From Candidatus Melainabacteria bacterium 17Bon1m (lineage in GTDB: Bacteria > Cyanobacteriota > Vampirovibrionia > Obscuribacterales > Obscuribacteraceae): DNA of 64,000 bases. The position numbers were made by a program, and so were the translations under genes. This document shows, piece after piece, positions 30,119-39,306 of this stretch. Below the pieces are notes generated by a model that ran no database searches, was not told the DNA's origin, and saw nothing but the letters and a program-made list of their open reading frames with translations. Location of the stretch: contig JAVLKG010000001.1 of NCBI GenBank assembly GCA_032128875.1, forward strand, positions 1,049,453 through 1,113,452, written 5' to 3'. The first letter of the stretch is position 1; every line of letters begins with the position of its first letter.

Positions 30119-31444
30119 TTATGTGCTGCGGGTGAGAACTCGCTTCGGTCCGTGGATCGGATCTTCAATGACGATTGTTTGGTCACGCTGAGGTCCGACA
30201 CTGACGATGGCGATGGATACATCGAGTTCGTCTGCCAGGAAGTCGAGATACTTGCGGGCTTCTACAGGCAGATCCTTGTAGCTGCGGCATTCGCTTGTCG
30301 AGCTCTTCCAGCCTTTGAAGGTTTCGTATATCGGCTCCATGTTTTTGAAGGAGGCGCCGATAGAAGGAAGTTCCTTGAATGTCTCGCCTGTGGTTTTGTC
30401 TCTGTAGGCGTTGCAAATCTTGATTTCGTCGAACTCATCGAGAACGTCAAGCTTGGTGATAGCGAGGCAGTCGAGTCCGTTGATTCTTACTGAATAACGT
30501 CCGAGCACTGCGTCGAACCAACCGCAACGACGCGGACGACCGGTCGTTACGCCGACTTCAGCCCACGCTTTACCGATTTGGCGGAGCATGTCGCCGACTT
30601 CACCTTCTTGTTCTGTCGGGAAAGGACCTTCGCCAACGCGGGTCATATAGGCTTTCGATACACCGATGACGCGGTCAATGATTGTCGGTCCGATACCGGC
30701 GCCGATGCAAGCCCCGCCTGCAGTCGGGCTTGAGCTGGTGACGTAAGGGTAGCTGCCGTGATCGAGATCGAGCAGGGTTCCTTGAGCACCTTCAAACAAA
30801 ATGTTTTTCTTCTGTCCGACCGAGTTGAAAATGATGGCTGCGGTGTCGGAAACATACTTAGCCATGCGCTGTCCGTATTCATAGTATTGAGTAAATACTT
30901 CTTCTACTTTCAGCGGCGGCAAATTGTAGAGACGTTCCAAAATAACGTTCTTTCTTGGGATCATCCATTCCAGTTTGGAGCGCAAAACCTTCTCATCGAG
31001 CAGGTCTTCAACACGGATACCAGAACGTGCGCATTTGTCTGCGTATGTCGGTCCGATACCACGCTTGGTGGTACCGATTTTTTGATCGCCGCGTGAATCT
31101 TCTTCGGCTGCGTCAATCATCAGGTGATATGGCATCGTAACGTGCGCGGTGGTTGAGACTCTCAGCTTATCTACGCTAATCAAATTGCCTAGAGCTTCCA
31201 CTTCAGAGAGGAAACGCTCTGGGTCGATTACCATGCCAGGACCCATGATGCAGGTCTTCTGGTACAAAGCACCGGATGGGATCAGGTGGAACTTGTATGT
31301 TTCACCATCGACAACGACTGTGTGTCCGGCATTGCAACCGCCTTGATAGCGGACAACTACATCGGCGTTTTTGGCGAGAAGGTCGGTAACTTTAGCCTTA
31401 CCTTCATCTCCGAACTGTGCGCCTACAACTATTACGTTAGCCAC
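30119..31444 (-). CDS. purA: Adenylosuccinate synthetase
   Basis: [34 protein letters not shown]. Confidence 0.99.
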   Translation of the reverse strand: MANVIVVGAQFGDEGKAKVTDLLAKNADVVVRYQGGCNAGHTVVVDGETYKFHLIPSGALYQKTCIMGPGMVIDPERFLSEVEALGNLISVDKLRVSTTAHVTMPYHLMIDAAEEDSRGDQKIGTTKRGIGPTYADKCARSGIRVEDLLDEKVLRSKLEWMIPRKNVILERLYNLPPLKVEEVFTQYYEYGQRMAKYVSDTAAIIFNSVGQKKNILFEGAQGTLLDLDHGSYPYVTSSSPTAGGACIGAGIGPTIIDRVIGVSKAYMTRVGEGPFPTEQEGEVGDMLRQIGKAWAEVGVTTGRPRRCGWFDAVLGRYSVRINGLDCLAITKLDVLDEFDEIKICNAYRDKTTGETFKELPSIGASFKNMEPIYETFKGWKSSTSECRSYKDLPVEARKYLDFLADELDVSIAIVSVGPQRDQTIVIEDPIHGPKRVLTRST

Positions 31445-31561
31445 CGGTTTCGCCTCTCAAATTAGTGTGAAAACACGACGAATCACGCCCCGAAAAAGGG
31501 CTTGGTCAGTGCGGGAGGGCCCTTAACGCTTCACATGGGCAGCCGCTTTTAGACCTCAGAT

Positions 31562-31590
31562 AGTCTAAGATACTCGCCAAGAGCTGTCAA
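31562..31590 (-). promoter_or_regulatory. Sigma70-type promoter for purA
   Basis: TTGACA-N17-TAGACT on the minus strand. Confidence 0.7.
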
Positions 31591-31722
31591 ACACTTGATT
31601 GCGCATGCGAAGTTAAGTATTTCTTCGCTGCAGTCTGCAGGCTGGAAAGGTCACCGCAGCAAGGTTCTAGTACACTTTGATAGACTTCTCTTTCGTGTAT
31701 TTCTATATCTGAGTTTTCGGAA

Positions 31723-32805
31723 ATGCCCGCAGATACGCACCAGACAAACATATTCGATAGACATCTTTCCGGGCGTCAACGACTGGCCGTTGAGCTTCTG
31801 ACCGGTGCTCTCACTAAAGGAAGATTGGCAAATGCTTATCTTCTTACTGGCCGCATTATCGATGATAAATGGCAACTGGCAAAGCAAATGGCAGCATTCC
31901 TCAACTGCGAGCGGACGCGCTCGTACTGGCAAAATGCGCAGTCTGAGAATCAGCCTGTTCAAAATCTATTAGGGTTGCCGATTGGCGACGAAGTTTTTCA
32001 ACAGGCAAATCAGTCCCTGAAAACCTTTCGTATGCCGGAAGATCGCTCTTGTCTGTCCAAATCAATTTCAGGCGACCCGGTCAATATGTGCCGCGATTGT
32101 CGCTGGATACAAGAAGATGCGCATCCTGAGTGCCTTTATAAGCTTTCTGCCGGCGAGAAAACGAGTTCGCGGAAAATTTCTGTCGAGAGTGCCAGAAATA
32201 TGTCCGAGACATTGGCACGCACAAGCTCTGCATTTCGCATTGTAATTGTCGAAGATGCATCTCAGGATGTTTTTCATAGACCTTCTGCCAATGCGCTTCT
32301 GAAGACTTTAGAAGAGCCACCGGAGCACACGATGTTCTTTCTCTTTGCAGAAAATGCAGAAGCGGTGCTACCGACGGTGGTGAGCCGAAGTCAGGTCGTG
32401 CCGGTTCCACAAATTCCATTCTCCGATGGAGAGCCTCCTGAATTGCCGCCAATCTCGTTTCACAAAGCGATTCGAGAGAGTGCATCTAAACGATCGAAAG
32501 CTTATTTGTCCGCGCTCGACTTTTCTCAAGTCGTTTTAAAAGCTGCCGATTCACTTGTTGATGACGACGATAACGTTCGGGTTGCTATCTCTAAAGTCGT
32601 GGATTACGTGCTTAAAGTTGAGTACGAGAGGCTGAAAGCTCGAGCTATGGACTCGCTAAATGAGAGCAAATATCTGGCTGATCTATTTGAACTCGGCGAA
32701 GAAGCAAAGTCTAGAGTAGATCATTACGTCAATCCAAAGGCTGCATTGGAGAGCTTTTCCATAGCCTGGGCTAGACTGGCTCAAGATGCGCACGTCCTAG
32801 ACTAG
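31723..32805 (+). CDS. holB: DNA polymerase III subunit delta-prime
   Basis: AYLLTG, C..C...HPE, ANALLKTLEEPP, VLPTVVSRSQ. Confidence 0.8.
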   Translation: MPADTHQTNIFDRHLSGRQRLAVELLTGALTKGRLANAYLLTGRIIDDKWQLAKQMAAFLNCERTRSYWQNAQSENQPVQNLLGLPIGDEVFQQANQSLKTFRMPEDRSCLSKSISGDPVNMCRDCRWIQEDAHPECLYKLSAGEKTSSRKISVESARNMSETLARTSSAFRIVIVEDASQDVFHRPSANALLKTLEEPPEHTMFFLFAENAEAVLPTVVSRSQVVPVPQIPFSDGEPPELPPISFHKAIRESASKRSKAYLSALDFSQVVLKAADSLVDDDDNVRVAISKVVDYVLKVEYERLKARAMDSLNESKYLADLFELGEEAKSRVDHYVNPKAALESFSIAWARLAQDAHVLD

Positions 32806-32857
32806 TAGGGGAGGCACATGTGCCTTCCTGTCAGGGAGCCGCATGCGGGTCCCATAC
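32805..32857. repeat. REP doublet; inverted copy of the 17159 element
   Basis: Reverse complement gtatgggacccgcatgcggctccctgacaggaaggcacatgtgcctcccctac aligns with 17159-17211. Confidence 0.75.
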
Positions 32858-32866
32858 CTGAAACAG

Positions 32867-33832
32867 TTATTTCTTGTGGTTGCCGTCTTTTTCAATCTTC
32901 GCCAGCTCGTTGTAGAGCTCGCGTTCTCTATCCGAAAGTTCAGTCGGAATCATAATCTTCGTGCGCACGAGAATGTCGCCGCGATCTGCTTGTTTTAGTT
33001 TTGGCAAACCACGGCCTCTCAGTCTCAGCATGCGCCCATTTTGAGTGCCTGCTGGAATGCGAATCTTCACCGGACCTTCCAGTGTCGGCACTGATGTTTC
33101 TGTCCCTACGACTGCCTGAGCTGGTGTGATGTTGACATTGCAGACGAGATTGTCGCCTTCCATTGTGAACTCTTCGTGCGGCTTGATTTTGACCTTCAAA
33201 TAGAGGTCTCCCGACTGCTGGTTCATTGGCGATTTCGCGCCTTCTCCAGGCACTCGAATCTTCGAGCCCTGGCGCACACCAGCCGGGATTTTTACCTCAA
33301 TTGTTTTGGTTTTTACCTGAGGACCGCTAATTTGCAGGGTGCGCACCGTGCCCTTCGCTACTTCTTCAAGTGTCAGTTCGATTTCGGCTTCCTGATCGAG
33401 AGGGCTTCGACCCATGGATGGTCCACCTGGGCGCTGTTGCGAGCGTCCGGGACCACCCTGACCGGGACGTGGACCACCTTCTTGCCCAAAGGCTTGACCG
33501 AATATTGCTTCAAAGAAGTCCGAAAACGGTGAGCCCTTGCCCGCCAGATCACCAAAATCGAAATTGAAATTGCTGAAATCCGGCGGCGGACGGAATTGTT
33601 CTCCTGACTTCCAGTTGGATCCGAGCTGGTCGTAACGCTTTCTTTTCTCGGGGTCTTTTAGAACTTCATAAGCTTCGGCAATCTCTTTGAACTTTTCTTC
33701 AGATGCTTTATTGCCGGCATTCGTGTCCGGGTGGTACTGCCTTGCCAGCTTCCGGTAGGAGGCTTTGATCTCCTTATCCGTTGCGCTGCGCGGCACATTG
33801 AGAATCTGGTAGTAATCTTTGTACTTGACCAA
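32867..33832 (-). CDS. DnaJ-class chaperone lacking the zinc finger (CbpA-like)
   Basis: J domain with HPD, G/F-rich linker and DnaJ C-terminal domain; no CxxCxGxG repeats. Confidence 0.92.
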   Translation of the reverse strand: MVKYKDYYQILNVPRSATDKEIKASYRKLARQYHPDTNAGNKASEEKFKEIAEAYEVLKDPEKRKRYDQLGSNWKSGEQFRPPPDFSNFNFDFGDLAGKGSPFSDFFEAIFGQAFGQEGGPRPGQGGPGRSQQRPGGPSMGRSPLDQEAEIELTLEEVAKGTVRTLQISGPQVKTKTIEVKIPAGVRQGSKIRVPGEGAKSPMNQQSGDLYLKVKIKPHEEFTMEGDNLVCNVNITPAQAVVGTETSVPTLEGPVKIRIPAGTQNGRMLRLRGRGLPKLKQADRGDILVRTKIMIPTELSDRERELYNELAKIEKDGNHKK

Positions 33833-34008
33833 TCTGTTTGAAACTCCGAGTTATTGCGTTTGTTGAACGCCATTTTAGGGCTTTTCGGCTATCTAAATCT
33901 TAACCGACCCGCCTTTATCCGGTCGGTTGTAAGGCTCCGCCAATGTAACCCGCCTATCCTTTTTGATAACATACCAAACCAAATCTATGAAGATTTAGCC
34001 CGCGGGCT

Positions 34009-35151
34009 ATGGGAGCTTATATGGTCAAACAACTTCTGAATAAAGCGATTGCCGGCGAGAGGCTGAGTTTTGCTGAGGGCGTACAGCTCTTCAACGAAGC
34101 TTCGCTGATGGACATCGGCTATGCCGCCAATGAAGTGAGAAAACGCTTCCACCCTGATGATCAGCCGATTACGTATGTTATCGACCGCAACGTCAATTAC
34201 ACCAATGTCTGCGATGCATACTGCACGTTCTGCGCTTTCTATGCGCCTCCTGGCTCCGAAAAGGGTTATGTTCTGCCCTATGAGACCATCAAAGAGAAAG
34301 TGACGGAACTTGTCGAATTCGGCGGCACCCAACTGCTTTTGCAGGGCGGTCACAACCCGGAATTGGGCATCGAGTATTACGAAGACCTGCTCAGTCGCCT
34401 GAAAACAGACTTCCCGAACGTGACGCTGCACGCCCTGTCACCTTCTGAAATCGACCACATCACACGCACCAGTAATCTGACCCTGGAAGAGACTTTGAAG
34501 CGTCTCGTGGCTGCCGGCCTGACCTCTATTCCTGGCGGTGGCGCAGAAGTGCTTACTGAGCGCGTCAAGAAAATAATCAGCCCGCTGAAAATCCCTGCAA
34601 GCCGTTGGTTGGAAGTGATGGAAGCTGCTCACAAGATGGGCATTCGCACGACTTCTACAATGATGTATGGTTCTGTCGATACCATTGAAGACCGCATCGA
34701 ACACTTGATTGCCCTGCGTGACTTGCAAGATCGTGCCGAAGGATTTACAGCCTTTATTCCCTGGAGCTTCCAGCCGGGCGGAACACCGCTAGGCAAGAAA
34801 GTGAAGAATCTCACTACTGCCACAGAGTATTTGCGTATGGTTGCCGTATCACGTCTGATGCTGGACAACATCCGCAATATCCAGTCTTCATGGGTAACTC
34901 AGGGCTCTGGTCTTGGTCAGACTGCCTTCGCATTTGGTGCCAACGATTTCGGCGGAACCATGATGGAAGAGAATGTCGTATCCGCTGCGGGCACCAGATG
35001 TGATGTCACGCTCGAAGAGATGATCCGCTGCATTCACCTGGCTGGATTTGATGCAGCCCAACGCGACACTCAATACAATATCCTGAAGCTCCATCCTCGC
35101 AAGACCGCAGGCTTGTACGGCAGCCCCGCTCTGGCAGGCGCAGCGGTATAA
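34009..35151 (+). CDS. mqnC: Cyclic dehypoxanthinyl futalosine synthase (radical SAM)
   Basis: DRNVNYTNVCDAYCTFC, LLQGG, SIPGGGAE, SSWVTQG, GANDFGGTMMEENVV. Confidence 0.88.
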   Translation: MGAYMVKQLLNKAIAGERLSFAEGVQLFNEASLMDIGYAANEVRKRFHPDDQPITYVIDRNVNYTNVCDAYCTFCAFYAPPGSEKGYVLPYETIKEKVTELVEFGGTQLLLQGGHNPELGIEYYEDLLSRLKTDFPNVTLHALSPSEIDHITRTSNLTLEETLKRLVAAGLTSIPGGGAEVLTERVKKIISPLKIPASRWLEVMEAAHKMGIRTTSTMMYGSVDTIEDRIEHLIALRDLQDRAEGFTAFIPWSFQPGGTPLGKKVKNLTTATEYLRMVAVSRLMLDNIRNIQSSWVTQGSGLGQTAFAFGANDFGGTMMEENVVSAAGTRCDVTLEEMIRCIHLAGFDAAQRDTQYNILKLHPRKTAGLYGSPALAGAAV

Positions 35152-35445
35152 ACAAAAACAGCCATCGATGCCTTTCCACTGTGGCGAAGACCGGCTTGGC
35201 TTTATTTAGGCTTGTCGATTAAACCAATTGTGCATTTGTCTTGGTATCACTGCTGGTGCTCAATCAGGCGCTGCCGCTTGCCGTTGTTCTCCTAAAATTG
35301 GACCGTCTCGCTTCACGCTCACTTCACGTAGCTCTAATTTTTCAAGACTCTGCTATACAAGTAATACTGGTTTCGTCATTACCCTTGGCGGGAATAGTTT
35401 GATCACCGGGAAGCTCGTTGATACGGCGTGCGTGAGGATGGAAAA

Positions 35446-35964
35446 GTGAAGGCTTTCAAGAGAAGAGGGCAGTCGATAGTCGAACTGTGCGTCGGACTGA
35501 TGGTTTTGGTCCCGATTGTACTTTTGGTCTTCGACCTCGCCGTCATCGTAATGGCAGTTCAAGTCAACGATTCAACCTGCCGCGAAGCTGCTCGTGTCGC
35601 AGCTTCAGGCAATCTTGGCGACCTGGGTCCACCCAAGAGTTTGCCGCTCAATGGTTCTGACATCTACAAGCGTGCCGACGCAGTTGTAAAGCGAGCGAAT
35701 ACTCAGTCGGCGGGCATTCTTTCCAACTTCAAACTGCAGTCGGTGACGACTACTCCGCCTGAAGCGTCCATCGCAGCGACAATCACATCTCTTGGTGTGA
35801 CTGGTGGACCGGTGAGCGGCACAGTCACTGTCGTGACGACCGTGGAAGTCAGACCATTTCTGGTCAAGTATGCGTATAGCGGTGGCGCACCCTTGGTATT
35901 CCAGTCGGCGCAAAGCTTCCCGTTCACTTTCGTAGTGCCGAATTCAGCCAAGCTGACGCCGTAG
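35446..35964 (+). CDS. TadE-like pseudopilin
   Basis: KRRG|QSIVE prepilin cleavage motif, hydrophobic helix, CREAARVAA; start placed at GTG 35446. Confidence 0.8.
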   Translation: MKAFKRRGQSIVELCVGLMVLVPIVLLVFDLAVIVMAVQVNDSTCREAARVAASGNLGDLGPPKSLPLNGSDIYKRADAVVKRANTQSAGILSNFKLQSVTTTPPEASIAATITSLGVTGGPVSGTVTVVTTVEVRPFLVKYAYSGGAPLVFQSAQSFPFTFVVPNSAKLTP

Positions 35965-36073
35965 ATTTTGCAAAAGAGCCTCTGCTTCCTAAAGATCATG
36001 GGCTCCGTCTCAAAACGCGTTGTGCAACTTACAACCTGAAGGCCGAGACTGCAAGAAGCAGCGAAAACAGACA

Positions 36074-36106
36074 TAACAAAAGGGGCGACGCTTATGCATC
36101 GCCCCT
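36074..36106 (-). terminator. Intrinsic terminator after rplA (REP-like stem)
   Basis: aggggcga..tcgcccct stem followed on the minus strand by TTTGTT. Confidence 0.7.
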
Positions 36107-36142
36107 AATACTTTGTTTTGTCTGAGTTCTCAGCTACTTAGC

Positions 36143-36865
36143 TTATGCAGCCAGGTATTTGCCGAGTCCTTGCAGTGCAGCAACATCGAGCTTCAGTCCA
36201 GGACCCATTGTCGAGCTGAGGTAAACAGCTTTGATGTAGGTTCCTTTTACCGACGCCGGCTTCACTTTGTTGATAGTGTCAACAACGGCAGCCAAGTTCT
36301 TCAGAAGTTTGCCTTCGTCGAACGAGAGTTTGCCGATTGCCATTTGAACGAGACCGCCGTCTTTCTCAGCGCGGAAGGAAACCTTACCGGCTTTGAGTTC
36401 TTTGATGGTCTTAGCGATATCGAAAGTGACGGTGCCATCTTTCGGGTTCGGCATCAAGCCGCGTGGTCCGAGGATTTTACCCATCTTCGAGAGCATGAGC
36501 ATGGCGTCCGGAGTTGCGACGAGCTTGTCGAAATCCATGAAGCCTTCGCCGATTTTGGCGACGAGGTCATCGGCTCCGACTACGTCGGCACCGGCTTCGG
36601 TCGCTTCGGTCAGCTTCTCACCTTTGGCAACAACAGCGACGCGAACGTCTTTGCCGGTGCCGCCTGGCAGATTTACTGTGGAGCGAATTTGCTGGTCATT
36701 CAGCTTGGGATTGATGCCCAGTCTGAAGTGCACTTCGACCGTGGGATCGAATTTGACAGTTTTTTCGTCCTTGAGAACCTTGAATGCTTCTTCTGCAGTC
36801 AAAGGATTTGGATATTTCTCTTTGATTGCTTTCAAGGTCTTTTGGCGCTTGGTGAGCTTAGCCAT
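36143..36865 (-). CDS. rplA: 50S ribosomal protein L1
   Basis: KFDPTVEVHFRLG, LGPRGLMPNPK, SSTMGPG. Confidence 0.99.
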   Translation of the reverse strand: MAKLTKRQKTLKAIKEKYPNPLTAEEAFKVLKDEKTVKFDPTVEVHFRLGINPKLNDQQIRSTVNLPGGTGKDVRVAVVAKGEKLTEATEAGADVVGADDLVAKIGEGFMDFDKLVATPDAMLMLSKMGKILGPRGLMPNPKDGTVTFDIAKTIKELKAGKVSFRAEKDGGLVQMAIGKLSFDEGKLLKNLAAVVDTINKVKPASVKGTYIKAVYLSSTMGPGLKLDVAALQGLGKYLAA

Positions 36866-36903
36866 GATCCGAGTTCCTTACTTCTTCTTCTTGTAATTTG
36901 TGA

Positions 36904-37326
36904 CTACTCTTGGACTGTGATGCCCATGTTGCGGGCGGTGCCTCTGACCATTGCTTCAGCGGCTTCAATGGTTGTTGCATTGAGGTCGGGCATTTTGATC
37001 TTGGCGATTTCGGTGATTTTTTCTTTGGAAACCGAACCAACTTTGGTCTTGTTCGGGTGAGAAGAACCCTTTTCGACATTCGCGGCTTTCTTCAGAAGTT
37101 CTGATGCCGGCGGCGTTTTCAGAACGAAGTCGAAAGAGCGATCTTCGAATACGGTGATTTCTACCGGTACGATCGTCCCTGCCTTGTCCTGTGTCTTGGC
37201 GTTATATTCCTTGCAGAACTGCATGATGTTTACGCCATGTTGACCGAGTGCAGGTCCAATAGGCGGCGCGGGGTTTGCTTTACCCGCTTGGATTTGCAGT
37301 TTGATTTTGCCAACTACCTTTTTCAC
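36904..37326 (-). CDS. rplK: 50S ribosomal protein L11
   Basis: [30 protein letters not shown]. Confidence 0.99.
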   Translation of the reverse strand: MKKVVGKIKLQIQAGKANPAPPIGPALGQHGVNIMQFCKEYNAKTQDKAGTIVPVEITVFEDRSFDFVLKTPPASELLKKAANVEKGSSHPNKTKVGSVSKEKITEIAKIKMPDLNATTIEAAEAMVRGTARNMGITVQE

Positions 37327-37394
37327 GGCCCTAGATCCTATATATGTCGAGAATTACTGATTTTATGGCACATTGGACATCCAATGCATCACTT

Positions 37395-37955
37395 TTAGAC
37401 TTTAATAACCTGGTTGAACTCCAGTTCTACTGGGGTCGCGCGACCGAAGATGATGACTGACGCCTTGATTCGCTCGCGTTCGAGGTTGACTTCCGTTACC
37501 TCTCCTGTAAAGTCTGCGAACGGTCCGCCCGTAATACGAACGTAATCGCCCACCTTGACATCGATGACAGCAGGCTTTTTGCCTTTGACACCGGTAACGG
37601 CCATTTGCCGTCTCAAAATCTTTCTGATTTCACCGTCCTGCACTGGGACTGGTTTCTTTCCTGCTCCAACGTATTTCGTTACGCCTGGTGCTTCTCTGAC
37701 TACTCGCCAGGAATCGTCGTCCAGGATCATTTCAACGAATACGTAGCCCGGGTATTCACGCTCTTTCTTTTCAACGCGCTTACCGTCTTTGACCTTGGTC
37801 ACCATTTTTTCCGGAACAATGACGCCGAAGATTCTATCTTGCGCATTCATCGTCATGATGCGCTTTTCGATATGCTCCTTCACTTTATTCTCGTGCCCGG
37901 ATGCAGTTTGCACGGCATACCAACGCCTCTGTCCGTCACTGTTTATGAAAGCCAT
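37395..37955 (-). CDS. nusG: Transcription termination/antitermination factor NusG
   Basis: WYAVQTASGHENKV, YPGYVFVEM, KOW GGPFADFTG, IFGRATPVELEF. Confidence 0.98.
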   Translation of the reverse strand: MAFINSDGQRRWYAVQTASGHENKVKEHIEKRIMTMNAQDRIFGVIVPEKMVTKVKDGKRVEKKEREYPGYVFVEMILDDDSWRVVREAPGVTKYVGAGKKPVPVQDGEIRKILRRQMAVTGVKGKKPAVIDVKVGDYVRITGGPFADFTGEVTEVNLERERIKASVIIFGRATPVELEFNQVIKV

Positions 37956-38021
37956 CGTCCCTTACTTTCCTTTTTATTAGTACAAGCGACCTTGCACTTA
38001 GTTCGAGGGTCTACCAATAAC

Positions 38022-38489
38022 CTAGTGGTGTAGCCCGACTCCGCCACCGTGCAATCTTGCCCAGTGTTCGAGCGGACCAAATATCGCGTGAGATAAAAAC
38101 CAGTCAAAACCGAGAACTGCAACGGTGATCAATGCCACCAAGAAGAGCACACTGAGGGTTTCCTGAATAACCTGTTGTCTGCCTGGCCAGGTTATCTTCG
38201 TGAATTCGACAACTACATCTTTGAGGAACTGGCGGATGTCTTTCAGTGACTCACCAAGTTCGATCTCGGTATCGTCGATCGCCGCCTTCTTTTGTTCGCC
38301 CTTTTGATTCTTAGGCTTTTCGTTCTTGTCTTTGCCTTTTGCGTCGTCCTTCACTTTCTTTTCCTTGGGCGCTTCGTCTTTCGCTTTTGCTTCGGCAGCG
38401 TCATGACCCGATGACTCTTTCAGAACATCACCCTCCGTCAATTTTGTTGACGGGGTTGAGCCTTTATCTTTTTTCTCAGTAGACATCAA
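38022..38489 (-). CDS. secE: Preprotein translocase subunit SecE with long charged N-terminal extension
   Basis: FLKDVVVEFTKITWPGRQQVIQET plus one TM helix; lies between tRNA-Trp and nusG. Confidence 0.92.
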   Translation of the reverse strand: MMSTEKKDKGSTPSTKLTEGDVLKESSGHDAAEAKAKDEAPKEKKVKDDAKGKDKNEKPKNQKGEQKKAAIDDTEIELGESLKDIRQFLKDVVVEFTKITWPGRQQVIQETLSVLFLVALITVAVLGFDWFLSHAIFGPLEHWARLHGGGVGLHH

Positions 38490-38542
38490 TATGTTTGGTC
38501 ATCCGAAGTGAAGATGAAACTAAAGGACTGGCCTTAAAAATT

Positions 38543-38613
38543 CGCGCCTCCAAGGAATCGAACCCTGACTAAAGGTTTTGGAGACCTCTGTTCTACCATT
38601 AAACTAGAGGCGC
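38543..38613 (-). tRNA. tRNA-Trp (CCA); 3' CCA end not encoded
   Basis: GCGCCTC acceptor stem, GAGGT-CTCCAAA-ACCTT anticodon arm, CAGGG-TTCGATT-CCTTG T arm. Confidence 0.96.
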
Positions 38614-38777
38614 ATTTTGCGCATTTACTTTGACCCGACCAGGCAAGGTCGGACAAAGTCAGAAGCCGGTCGGACACGTCAAGTGTCAGTTGTCTTGAAA
38701 TCCGAGAGGTCATCAACCTCTTTGGATCCTGGGCGTCGGGACTTCAAAGTCGAGCCCCTGCGTCCGACCGCTTGCGA

Positions 38778-38945
38778 TTAGCGCTTGGTTTCTTTGTGCT
38801 CGAGGTGCTGACGGCACCATTTGCAATACTTGTTGATGCTGAGTCTGTCCGGATCGTTCTTCTTGTTCTTCATCGACGTGTAGTTGCGGCGTTTGCAAGT
38901 GCCACAAGCAAGCGTGATGATGATCCGGTCGTCCTTCTTGGCCAC
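38778..38945 (-). CDS. rpmG: 50S ribosomal protein L33 (zinc-ribbon, C+ form)
   Basis: Manual translation from [58 protein letters not shown]; below the ORF-track cutoff. Confidence 0.96.
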   Translation of the reverse strand: MAKKDDRIIITLACGTCKRRNYTSMKNKKNDPDRLSINKYCKWCRQHLEHKETKR

Positions 38946-39162
38946 GGCTTTCTACTCCCTTTCTAGCTCCCAACCGGCTAAATACAGCCTAGTGTGCATT
39001 GTCGATTGGTAATTGCGCGTTCAGCCGAAACTGAATCTTGTCTTTAGTGTTGCCGGTCTATGCTGCCAGTCTTAAAGAAACGCTCGAAGTCAAAAATTGA
39101 CTGCTGCGTTGTCTGAAAAAACCGCACAGACCAAAACGGCCTCCGGGGAGGCGTCAATGCAA

Positions 39163-39192
39163 AGTATATCTAACCAAGAAAAAATCTGTCAA
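39163..39192 (-). promoter_or_regulatory. Sigma70-type promoter for the rpmG operon
   Basis: TTGACA-N18-TATACT on the minus strand. Confidence 0.65.
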
Positions 39193-39306
39193 CAATACTA
39201 GAATTGTGGCGTGTTACAAGCGATTACCCGACCCTCGTCCACCCCAAAACACTCGAAATCAAGCCGAATTCAATCGGTGAACTAAGCGGAAGTTAATACT
39301 CTTTCA

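Noticed and set aside
31445-31555. Purine-related riboswitch in the purA leader
   Set aside because: Only a small GCCC-TTTTTC-GGGGC hairpin; no purine, ZTP or PRPP aptamer consensus recognised
36113-37060. 315-aa plus-strand ORF
   Set aside because: Antisense shadow of rplA/rplK caused by codon bias
38713-38973. 86-aa and 64-aa track ORFs
   Set aside because: Alternative frames over the real rpmG (38778-38945)
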